Source: Tubiluchus corallicola
Lineage: Eukaryota; Animalia; Priapulida
DNA length: 64,000 nucleotides
Reading direction: 5' to 3'
Assembly (NCBI GenBank): GCA_030141605.1
Contig: JAQGDQ010000069.1
Span: forward strand, 1,972 to 65,971
A model generated the notes under the pieces. The model was not told the DNA's origin and ran no database searches. It saw only the letters and a list, made by a program, of their open reading frames with translations. Position 1 is the first letter of the stretch. Every line of letters begins with the position of its first letter. Below, piece by piece: positions 26,001 through 37,700 of the stretch. The position numbers and the translations under genes were made by a program.

Positions 26001-28238
26001 TGTGTTTGTGTGTGTGTGTAATAGAATATAACAGATTATTTATAAGCCTAACTGTATAAATTTGAATCATTGTTTGTAGAGAATGTGGATATTTAGAGAA
26101 AACACACAAATATTAAAAAAAATTATAGATTAATTTAGAAAATTTAGTAAACAGTCAGCTGATACTTAATAAGTTAAACTGCATCAGAACTATATAATAA
26201 TATTTGGAGACAGGAAAAAAGACTGACTAATTCTACTGGTATTTTAAACCAACCAGTAAAAAAATCTTAGGACTGTTTGTTTGGCAGCAGTTAGAAACTG
26301 CCTCCTTATCAGGCAGTCACTATCTTTGTTGCCATATTTGTTTTGTTTACAGTGTATCTTTATGTCACATACTTGACTGATTATCACTGATTGGTAAACA
26401 GCAGCATGAATTTAAATTTGGTAAAAAAAACAGAGAATTTGGTAGCCATTTCATACTTTGCAAATTTTCATACTGGTTAACATAATGACGCTGCCTAAAA
26501 GAGCTTAGTAATCCCACACACTGAGGCAAATGTACGGGGAAAATCAAACACTACCAATGTAGACAACTATCGGATGACACAAACATTTGAGATCACATAA
26601 AGACAAAAAAGTGCTGAAACTAGGCAGAGTTATGGACATGGAGGTCTACTCCATTAAATACCAGTTTACAGGCTTACTTCTTTCATTTTTTGCTGGCTTG
26701 TTAATTGCATAAACCTGTTTGTTTGTGAAGCACTATCTGCCAGTTGTTTGTTTGTTTACTTTAATAAAGCAGAAAATGTTCCTAGGATCTACAGCACTGC
26801 CAGTACGGCCCAAGGCCTCTTACATAAATTCGCACATATATCAGGGAAAAACCAGGATATAAACTTACTTTGTACTTGTAAATCCAGTTCACGGATTTCT
26901 GTGAATCTGTCCCTCAGCTCCTCCGGGAGTTGCTCTATCACTAGAACGAAAAACGTAAGAAAACCTTATAAGAACACTAGTGTCATTACGGGCATCTAGG
27001 TAAACAGAAGCAGAACAAAACCAGAGCTCCAACTGTATCTCGGTCTGGGATAGACAAAATTTTTTCAAGATTTGGATGTAGATAAACAGCACTTGTTTAG
27101 TTTTCATCACAGACAAAGCTATCTTCACAATTTCTTCATTGAAGCATTCTCTCAGATTTTCTAGTTGGCTCTCCACTATTATTTCCACTGCAAAGTTCGT
27201 ATATGACAAAACTATTGTTTTTCTGGCATATTACGAAGAATTCACAAACAACAGATTTTCGCAATATCCACATAACTGAAGCACCACCATTAGCCATTTT
27301 ACTGTTATTATGGATGCAAACTTTGGCTTCTACCATAAGTATTCGGGTATTGTCATCATATCACCATCAGTGAGGATTATTATAATGTTATTTTACAGGC
27401 ATGAGCTTATTATTTCTTCGTTGGATAAAAGATTTATCTAATCATTTTAATGAAAGCATGAAATATTGCAGTAAACACGTAAGTTGTAGAGTTCAACAGT
27501 TGTGATTTATTACTAATGATTGCCAATGCATTTGCAAAAGGTGTGCTGGATACTTTAGGCAACACTAAATTTCTAGGAATCTTTTGCATGACTTTAAGCA
27601 AGGACTGTTCAGTTGCTTACCAGGACACTTTTACCAGAACCGGACAAAACCCAAAACCAATAATTCCACTTTCCTAACAACCCTAGCTGAGAGTTTAAAT
27701 ATTTTCATATTTTAAGCCACAGAGTTAAAATAATTGGTGTCAATTTCTTCATAGAACAAAAAAGTCCGCATTACGATGTGGCTTACTGTAAATTGCAGAA
27801 AACTGTTGTAAAACTAAATTTATTGATTATAATTATGTATGCCACTGAGTAATTGTGTATTTTTTACTGGTTTTGTGAAGTGCTCATGAATATGAGTGCC
27901 TGCATTAATGATGTGCAGTTACAGATTTTTTTAAGTAGTATTGCCCTATAATTATGTATGAATGATTATATCACTATGTGTATTAGTACACTGCGTGGCA
28001 TGTTCGCGCTTCATCGACAACACCGTGTACTGTGGGGGTGCCGTTGACCAGAGTAAGGTGTGTCGCTCCACGGTACACAGCAAGGTCACATACGAGAATG
28101 TCGAGCAAGCGTGAACGTCCAAAATATGCTGCTGGTATTTTCGTTTATTTGGAATTCAAAAACACGTTAACAACCGAATCTGCCATCTATAAAAGCAATA
28201 CTGTACTTACTTTCTAAGTAGTCTTCCAGATAAAGCAT
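15525..28238 (-). CDS. ING3: Inhibitor of growth protein 3 (NuA4/Tip60 subunit, PHD finger), 12 exons, 400 aa
   Basis: Exons 28238-28211, 26940-26869, 25929-25823, 24942-24877, 24450-24354, 22965-22912, 22000-21866, 20546-20446, 18170-18132, 17624-17479, 16365-16158, 15674-15525 (1203 nt). Motifs [79 protein letters not shown]. Confidence 0.95.
18277..18953. repeat. 26-bp minisatellite, ~26 copies (cagcatgtatgtatttaagttattta), ING3 intron
   Basis: Nearly identical head-to-tail units read directly. Confidence 0.95.
19851..19929. repeat. 40-bp tandem duplication
   Basis: taacaatcttgtcatgctgtacttaatggaagttagcaa at 19851 and 19891. Confidence 0.85.
21030..21779. repeat. 37-bp minisatellite, ~20 copies (aattaacactttgaacaaaactgcttggaactgtgcc), ING3 intron
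   Basis: Head-to-tail units with point variants and no unique spacers. Confidence 0.95.
23782..24212. mobile_element. Non-autonomous hAT-type element
   Basis: TIRs caagggcgtat / atatgcccctg; 8-bp TSD gggaagaa / aggaagaa; subterminal taggct/agccta motifs shared with the 9940 MITE. Confidence 0.65.
25963..26019. repeat. (TG)n/(TGCG)n microsatellite
   Basis: Read directly. Confidence 0.9.
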
Positions 28239-28244
28239 GTTCTT

Positions 28245-28545
28245 CTAAATTAAGTAACAACTAAACAAAACGTGAACACTGCAAAAAAATTTATAACAAA
28301 ATCTGTATACTCACAACAAATACAGCAGCTCAGTAACCGAATTTGCAAAAAGCGTAAACTTTTATTCATCAAATAAGTTTCTTCACAGTTGGCTTTAAAC
28401 AACATGGGTTTTGACGCCATTCTAGTGTAGTGTTCATAGTCGTGAGTAGAATGCAATTTGCTCGATAGAAAACAGTATCATTAGCGAACATTTTAGCCGT
28501 CAAAACTCAAAGCCGCATTGCCAGGAAGCGTATTGACGTGGACAA
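28245..28545. promoter_or_regulatory. Probable bidirectional promoter and 5'UTR exons shared by ING3 (-) and AMT (+)
   Basis: CpG-enriched patch. Minus-strand GTGAGT donor at 28314 with an acceptor 6 nt before the ING3 ATG; plus-strand GTGAGT donor at 28442 with acceptor ttttttaaag just before the AMT ATG (31728). Confidence 0.5.
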
Positions 28546-28940
28546 TTATATAATAATTAATTATGTAATTATATAATAATAACTATATAATAATAATAAC
28601 AACAATAATATAAGTAATAATATTTTGCTGCTTGAGAGTAAGAACTGTTTAAATGACCTTTTTCAAGAGTGAATTATGGCCACAGTTTACATCAGAACCA
28701 TTACATCCATAAGTCATCATAACATATTCTAGTGCTGCTATCCTATTTTAACAGTTATAATTAGATTACATTTCCACACTTGTAACTGCACATTGCATAA
28801 AGTGCTCAGTGCAAAAATGTTGCATTTGCCACATCAAGAATGTGTAATATGTTCAGTACAAAAGAAGTATATCTGCAACAATGAAACACCACTAATTTTT
28901 CAGATTTTAACTGCTGGTATGTTTCTCTACCATCCTGGAT

Positions 28941-29349
28941 CAGGACCGTAGTCGGCTTTTGAAAAGTGGTCCGGTAACAGATACGGAACAGGTAGAAAAA
29001 GAATACAGCAGCAACATATAGAAGAGTATATTATAATTTATAATACAGAGTTATAACATAATAGAGCACTACACATACTCAATGATGACATGATTGATTA
29101 AAACTTCCCAAACACACATCTGTGCCGCTCATTTCTAGCAGTAAACTCGTTCGCAATTTCCTTCAGGTCGAGAGCGTCTGTTCTATCCATATGTACATGC
29201 AAAGTCATGAGATTGTTCAGTCTAGTTTGAGTTATCGTACTCCGCAAATAAGTTTTTACTCTACGCAGGGCTGAGAATGTCTAGGCACGTATGGCAGAAA
29301 AATTGGTCTGGCCATGGCCAGACCGGCCGGACCGCCGACTACGGCCTTG
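28941..29349 (-). mobile_element. hAT deletion derivative retaining the transposase C-terminal dimerisation fragment, copy 1 (5-bp TSD)
   Basis: TIRs caggaccgtagtcggc / gccgactacggccttg. Minus strand FSALRRVKTYLRSTITQTRLNNLMTLHVH...FGKF*. Flanked by tggat on both sides. Confidence 0.85.
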
Positions 29350-30409
29350 TGGATATAGTATATTTTTATTTGTGCTACGATAATTAACCACTTCTATGCT
29401 CATTGTTCACTCGTAACCACCTGTCAAGACTTGCTGTGCACATGCTGTTTAACTTTATAAGCTCTAAGCATATTATTTTCGAAACTGTGACCCCAGTGTA
29501 ACTTGCATTAATATTGCAAATTAATAATAAAACAGATACAAAGACAGAAAAAAATTCGTGTATCGGCAATAGCAAATGTATACTAGTCAACATATGAGCA
29601 CTGCATATACCACAAAAACAAAATTGCCAATTTGCCAAAAGTTATCATAATACTAAACTTAATGAAAGTTTTGACATATATTATACAAAATCCACAAAGT
29701 TAAAGCAGTTTTGAGAACTAGTCTTTTACAGGAGACTGCCAATTCTTCTTCGTCATTCTCTCAGAAAATGCTTGAATGCAAATGTTCTTGCTCTCATGCA
29801 ACCCCTTGGCCATTAACTCATGTTATTATACGTTGCTTGGTTTGGGAAAGTGGACCAAGATTATACTAACCAGTCAGGCTTTAAAATTGACATAAAGTTC
29901 TTGCTTCGTGCCAATCTGCACGGCATGTGCGATTGTGCTTGTCAGTGAAAAGTTGTAAACAAACGAAGTCAAGACTTATGTACTGTTCAATTCAATTAAA
30001 TTTTTTAAAACTTGCCAGAGTAAGTGAAAATGTACAACATTTTATTGCTTATTTCTCACAGTGTTTGACTACTGTAAGATGTTGCTTACACTATGCTCCT
30101 TGATAAAAAAATAATGCTTTCCAATGTATTAAATACCAGTTAAATAACTGTTCTACTTCTAGTCTGAAGAATGTTTGCCATGAAAACCTCAAGTGAAATG
30201 CATAAGCAACAACTGGCTAGTCTTTACAGTTATATATTCATTTATATTTGTCATTCAGTTGCAGCGCAAAGCCAGTTTTGAAGCACTGAACAAGTTAAAT
30301 GGGACTGCCATTATAACGTAATCAGCAGAAGCAAATGTTTGCTTTTAATATTGGCACAAACTTTGAAAAGTTCTAACATAAATCATTGTGTTTAGTTAGA
30401 TGTTGTATA

Positions 30410-31126
30410 AGTCACTATAGATGAGGTGGAAATACAAGACATCTAGCAGCAAATTACATTTACATGTATAGAACCAACAACAACTTATTTCCAACTTTTT
30501 TTGAAAATCCAGTCAAGATAAATGTAAAAAAATACAATACCAGACATAATGAATATATACCAAGACGTTGTAGAACAAATATGGCGAAATACTTCATCAG
30601 CTATATGGGGCCAGTCCTATGGAACAGACTAAGCCGCAATTCGAAATGTAGTCACTCCCTTTTAACTTTTAAAAAAACCGTCAGAAAAGAAATATTTCAA
30701 AAGTATTGAAGAGTAACACAATTTGATAATGGTAATAACCTGCATTTTTTGCTACAGTAATCTTAATGTAACGTGACTATGTTTAACAGGATACTGAACA
30801 CTTTGTAACCATGATCACAGTTTTTCTTAGTTTCTCGCTCCATTTCATCTTTCATTCACTACTCCCCCCCCCATTTTTTTAAGATTTCCACATACAGTTT
30901 GGCCTGTCAAGCTATGCTTTTAGGCTCAAACTGTATGCATCAAAAAATTATTCTGTAATGAAATTTGCACATGTATATCCCGCATTATGAAATTTCTTAA
31001 TAATATTGCATTTATTCATATTTATATTTATATTTACTCAAATGGAAAATTATCTGTATTTTAATGCTAATTGTAATGATGCAATGTGGAAAATGAATAA
31101 AACTCTTGAAACTCTTGAAACTCTTA
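30410..31126 (+). mobile_element. 3' end of a CR1/L2-type LINE (RT-ORF tail, 3'UTR, tandem-repeat tail)
   Basis: ORF 30464..30709 has YNTR...RT...FISYMGPVLWNRL...SLLTFKK; ends aataaaactcttgaaactcttgaaactctt. Confidence 0.75.
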
Positions 31127-31733
31127 ATGTAAACATTACAGAAATTGACTAACTTCACTACACTGCACATTGCAGTTTCAGAATCACATTGTGAACTCTG
31201 ACAATGCTTTTTTATTAGCGATTGCAAACTGTGATTTGAGATATGTCTCACCTCATTCTTAATCTAAATTGTGGCTTGATAAATTTGCTGACTTTGGTTT
31301 GAGTTGTCTGTGCTGCCTCTAATTTGCTGTATTTTTAATTCATTTTTATTAACTTTTTATTGCTTGATATGTGTTTTCTTTTGTGCTAATTTATAATTTG
31401 TTTATTTGCTTGAGTGTAATATATTACGTGAGATTTTTATCTGGCCTTTGATGCCAAAAACAACTCTATCACTACTACTACTACATGTCTACTTGTGCAA
31501 TGATACTTACTTAGTATACTTAGTATTTCACCTTTTAGTTTCCAGTAATTATCTGCTACAAATGTTTTTGCACTAGTATAAAAAACTTAATAATTATACT
31601 GAAGAGACAGTATTTCCATTATTTGTAAAGACAAACTATTTTTACTGAAGAAATTAAGTCTGAAGGTCAACACAGTTATTGATGTAGTCAGCAGTTTTGC
31701 TCACTTTAACGGTATCTCTTTTTTAAAGCCAAA

Positions 31734-34700
31734 ATGGAGAGAACGTTAGCTTGTGTTTTGAAGCAGCAGTTTCGTCCACAGATCACAAAGCTGTCCCGCC
31801 ACCATGCTACTCAGGTTTGTAACTAAACAACTTGTTTGGATGATAGATATTCTAAACAAAAACTACAACTAAGACTAAAAGATGGTATAAAGTTATATAT
31901 CCATAAATGGGGGGAATCAATCATGGAGATACAGTACTACATCGCCCGTAAGCTATTTTAGTTTTTTACATAAATTAGATCTCAAGTAATTGGACTATAT
32001 TGATTTTCTTAAATGTACTCAGATACGATATTGTCTCCAGTTGATAACGCTTGAAAATTTGAAAAAAATATGTGGTATCTAGTCTGTAGAGGCTCTGTAT
32101 TAGTTTGATAATACAGAGCTTATTTTTTATTGACTATTCAACAGTTAGCAAGCAAGCAAAGAAGCATAGCACATTTCTTTTTATAACATTAAGCTGTAGT
32201 CTTTAAATTTGTCAAGTGATATGAGTTTACATTAGAAAAATATGGGTTGAGGAAGATGTTAATTGAAAAGACCTGATTTTTGAATAACGATATACCTGGG
32301 TGTTTCATTTATTTATAAGTACTTTTAATTAGTATAAGTTGTGCTTATTACCATTCAATTTTATATTGAGATAATAAGTGATTAGTTCACAAAAAACACC
32401 AAATTCTAAGAAAGCCTTGTTTTAAATCTTGTAGGCTTCATTGAAAAGGACATTTCTCCATGACTTCCACAAGTCAAATGGTGGAAAGATGGTCCCATTT
32501 GCTGGTTATGAAATGCCCGTACAGTACAAAGATGGCGTAGCAAGCTCGCATCTGCACGTGCGAGAAAAAGCAGGACTCTTTGATGTCTCTCATATGTTGC
32601 AAACAGAAATTCACGGCAAAGACCGGATCAAGTTCATAGAAAGTTTGGTATGTCTATTAAAATTGCCAAATGACGGTTTTTAATTTTAGAACACATGGGA
32701 TTTATGCATAGTCACACATGTTTACGTAGTTAAAAAAACATCAGATTGATTTAAATTTGAGTAGTAATAAATAGAAATAATTAGGATCATCTGCCATTAT
32801 CATTCACTCACAGTTTGTTAGTTATTGAAAGGAGAATTCTTTTTCAATTCTTAAAAATCACATGATGACAACAGTGCTGTCATGCTTGATCAGTGGCAAT
32901 AATAACGGTTTTGTGTCAAAAAGCCGATCACATACAATAATCTTCGATCAACAAGACAATGTAAAATTTTACAATAATGGTCCATTACTGTCTATTACAA
33001 TGCCCAATACAACAGAATTTATGATTAAATGTGTATCTAGAGTTATGTATTCAAACGGTTTGCCATTAACTAGGAAATTACAATTGTTTGAGTCTTGCTT
33101 GCAACCAGCAGTTGTTTAGCCAATTAGCGAAGCCACTCACTAGAGATCAAGTGCTTGCCTGATCTAATAATTTGAGTACATTCTCTTAGCAATTTTATGT
33201 TGCTTCAATTGCTTGTGTCTTAAAATGATTCTCAGCATATGGAGCAAAAAAAATTGTATTTGATTATTGATGAAAGTGTAAGCTTTCAAAAGACCTTTTG
33301 CATCTGACAGATCCATAATTGTTATTACTGCTACCTTGTCTAGTTGACAACTGGAAGACCACGCTACTGATACACTGACGTTTTGCAGGTAGTGGGTGAC
33401 ATAGAACGGTTAGAGCAGAATCATGGCACGTTGACTCTCTTCACAAATGATCAAGGTAAAGACAGGTAAAAACAACATGTGTGTAGTTTTTATAGCCCTT
33501 TTTTGGTTTCCAGCTTATCACTGGCATGATTAGATTACTTGTTAAAGTAATGATAGCTTATTAATTGATTGGTGTCACTTCCAATCTAGGGCTGCCAGAT
33601 TAGTAAATTAGAAATACGTGACACTCTCAAAATCTCTCTCTATATTACTATGTATATAAATTTATACAAGCCTACACACCCAGGCTAATATATTATATAA
33701 ACGGAGAGGCATAAGTTAAAAACATAAAGCAAGAATTCTAATGTGTTATGAGAAAAACAAAACTGAAATCGTCTGAAAATTATTTAATACTGAGCTCAGA
33801 AGATGTCAGAAGGGAGGGAGGAAATTTTTTATAACACTTTATAAATGTTTAGGACTAAATCACGGAATATTTAAAATCAGTTTAAAATCAATTGAGGTCA
33901 AAGTAAACTTTCCACTGGTTAGTAGCAATGTTTTAAATTTTTTCAATGTGCATTTTTCACACCGTTTTTTTAGCTTTTTTTGTGTTACTAAATTATTGTA
34001 TAATTAACCATTATCATTTTGTATGGTATGAACGTATATTTTGATAATTATGGCATAAGCGGCAACACTGGTTGGTATTAATATGCTGATTTCGCAGAGA
34101 GAAAACGCTACTTTTTGCCTCCAATATGATAGTTAGTATGGTACAAAACGGCAACCCTGGCCGAGAGTTAGCCGTAGACAAACATGGCTGTGTCTTCGCC
34201 AAACAACGATGTTATAATAATCATTGCATTTTACATTTTAAGTTAAAAAAATATGTTTTTATATGACTGCGCCAGGCAAGTATATGAAGGTATAAAAGTC
34301 TTATAAATTCCCGGTGGGTATGTGATGAAAAAATATTCCCCCGGACGATCAGACGAAAACAGAAGTATTTTTATTGTCTGCCTAAATTTTACGTATTCTT
34401 TATAGAAAAACTTTCTGCACTTAAGTAACCAAATAATAATGATGACTGTTAACATTTTATGTACAAGAAAAACCTACATTACATGAAAAAAAATATAGTG
34501 AACAGCAAGGACTGTAATATACATCTGCAGTTCTTAATTGTACTACATCACGTTATTGTCGGTATCCATTTTTATTGCTATTATTTTGTCTACTGATTTT
34601 TTTCATAGGTGGCATCAAGGATGATTTGATTGTAAATAAAGTGGATGGAGATTTTTTATACATTGTATCGAATGCAGGTTGCGCAAATAAAGACTTGGCT

Positions 34701-37700
34701 CACTTAAGGGTAATTATTAATTATTCACCACTCAGCACTTATAATGCCTGTTTACTTTCTCCACCAACTTTTGTGTCTTTCCAGTTACCCCCTACCACCC
34801 CCCACCCCCACACACACCGCATGATTGCAAAATATAAATGCAATGTAGCTGACACATCATTCGTAACAGATCTGTGATTGATACTGATAGGTAAAAACTG
34901 CGTTTACCAAAAAATCATCTACAATTTTTTAGATGAGTGAACCTCTAACGTGTCTTTGCATACTCATACAATATACATGCATATATCCTCACTTAGTGAG
35001 CTTTCATGGCATCTATATGACTACGAAGTTAAGTAGCACTGGTCCTGGTTATGTTGGTAGATGGATGAGCAACCGATTTCAAAACTAATCTTGGGTGATT
35101 TTTTCAGCCATACTACTTCCAGCTGATGCCAGTTCTACTTAAGTTCTGCTAAACCATAAGTAACACGAAAGCTTGATCATTCAACCATTTTCCTCTTCTT
35201 TTCAAATTTCTGTTGTATCACAATATTTTAAATCAGTCTCATGAACATTAAGCATTAGGGGTTCAGCATTGAATTCAATTCGAACGAGTTTTTTAGGTCG
35301 AATTTGATTTGAACCCAAAACTATAGATTCAAATAATTCAGCACTTCAATCACATACGTTCTTTATCGTTAAACTGATTGAAATATAGCATGCAATTAGC
35401 AGAATTCAGCTGTGATTTCTAAGCACAATTTTGAACAAATTGTGGTTCTTTGGTTTTACTGGAAAACAAAATCGAGTAATATGCATGATTTTTGTAAGAC
35501 AAATTTTTACTGGTGGTTCGAAAACTTGTTGGAAAGTCTTTCAATCTCAATTCGAATTCGAAATACTGAAGTTCAGTTCGATTCGAATTCGAAGGTTGTA
35601 AATTCGATTCTAATTCGCTTTCTGGCAGAGAATGCTCACCCCTATTAAGCATCTCTGTAGTGAACTCTTCATGAAACTTGACTATGATAATTATATCGAT
35701 TATCTTATTTAGAAAACACCCATAAGATACCCTTGACTATTGAAATGTCCCATTTAAAGTTCTAATCAAGCTTAGCAGTAGTGGGCCCATTGTGTTATGT
35801 AATGTGTTTTTCACAGTGCAGTGAAAAACGTTGGAAAATTAAAATAAAGAATGTGTACTTGTCACTAGCTCACTTTATTACTGATCACATAGAAGCCTAG
35901 TTAGGTGTGGCATTATGTGATCAGCTGATGTTCGTTCGGCTGAAGTGAAGATTGATGATGTAATCCTTATGCGCAGAAGGTCATGACGCATTAGGGAGTT
36001 AGACAAAAGTGTTCTGAGGCCCCCACCTGGGGGAGATTAGGAACTGACTTGGAGACGCAGAGCTGGCATTACTATCCTCTTATATTTACCGTGTTGTGTT
36101 TGATCTTTAATAAATGTGTAGTTTATTAAATAAAGTCTTGATAGTTTCCCATGCCCATCGTGGCTGCCTCACACGCCACGCAATAAACAACAATAATCAG
36201 CAAGCAGCTCTTACCACTATCATAAACAGACTTTAATGCAACCACTATACAAATTATTTTACCTTAACCGATTGAACCTATTAACCGATAGGCGTTGTAT
36301 TACTGCTGTAGAAGTACGAGTAACAGAGCTTGCTATGCTGATGCATAAGCTTTTAATCAATTTTAGAAACGAAGTAATGCCTAAATTCCTTTGTGTCACA
36401 CTCCACTTGGCAGTCTTTTCCTGTGCATCGCCTCTTAGATGCTAGATTCTCATTTTGGTTTGCTCACTGCTCAATTTCAGATCGTTTTTTCAATATTCTG
36501 TCGAGATTACTTTGGGAAATTTTCAACTGTGTACACCTCTGCACCATCTTTGGAATCCTACTGCTCTAAAATTTTCAGTTTCTCCTTAACTGTTAGGTCT
36601 TTACGCTTATGCTGCATTGGTGTTTCAGTTGGTGTAAGACTAACCTAGGCCTTTTTAAGCCTATCTAAAGAGTTACTAAACTTTTATTCGCCCTCCGAGC
36701 TTCACAGACTGTATTCTACTCCTGTTTAAGTGCTTCTAACATTTAACAACAGCTGACTTGCTGGGGGACAGCCAGTTAATGGTGAAACAACTCAACCGAA
36801 AGTGGTTATCAATTGAGACTGCATCATTTCGTCTTAAATCGCTTGCACTTGCTTTTTGTGGAATTAGTAGCTGTTTACTTTGAATATTGTTATGTGGATT
36901 TTTTCCGTTGCTTTTTTAGGGTAGCTTGGAGCAATTCAAGTCAGTGGGGGGTGACGCTGAAGTGATTACGATTGAAGACAAAGCACTTATTGCACTGCAA
37001 GGTGAGAAAATTCAGTTCTCTCCAGTTCATTTACCTGTACAAATATATTATTTGGTTTATGATTGTGTGAACTTACTAACAAGGTGATGCTAGTCATAGT
37101 TTTTTGTGCTGTGGAAGACAAGGTACCAAAATAACGGTATTAATAATTAGCATGTTCCAGGTCCATCAGCAATAAGGGTCTTACAGTCCGGACTGAATGA
37201 TGATTTGTCAAAGTTGACATTCATGACAACCATTGTTACCACGTTGTTTGGTATCCCAGAATGCCGAGTGACACGGTGTGGCTATACTGGTGAGGATGGG
37301 GTGGAGGTAATTAGCACTTACTAAAAAAACATTTTTACATCATGCTTGCTAGCTTGTTTATGTGGTGTTTGTTTAGTTAGATAGTCTGTATCTGAGTGTA
37401 GCCCATGGACTCCTAGAGTCTCCTTTACGTCACTACGTTGGACATAAAGGTGTTCTTAATACGCAAAAGACAGGTAGAAATTTGTTAGCTCTTCTATTGA
37501 TCACCTGTCAGCTCCTCTAATATCTCTGCTGCTACACCAAATTTGCATAGATTTCAGGAACCAGCCATGCCCTATTAAAAGTAGGCAAACTCTTTTACAA
37601 AGCAAAGCATGGAACACCACAATATTCTAAATTTGGTCATAGCTGGCAGCTGTGTCTCAATTGGTTTGTAGACCTTACTTCACATTAATTTCTAATTAAT

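Noticed and set aside
26980-27600. Coding-like minus-strand ORFs in ING3 intron 1
   Set aside because: Frame-broken and unassignable to any family; the 26889 ORF merely overlaps ING3 exon 2 out of frame.
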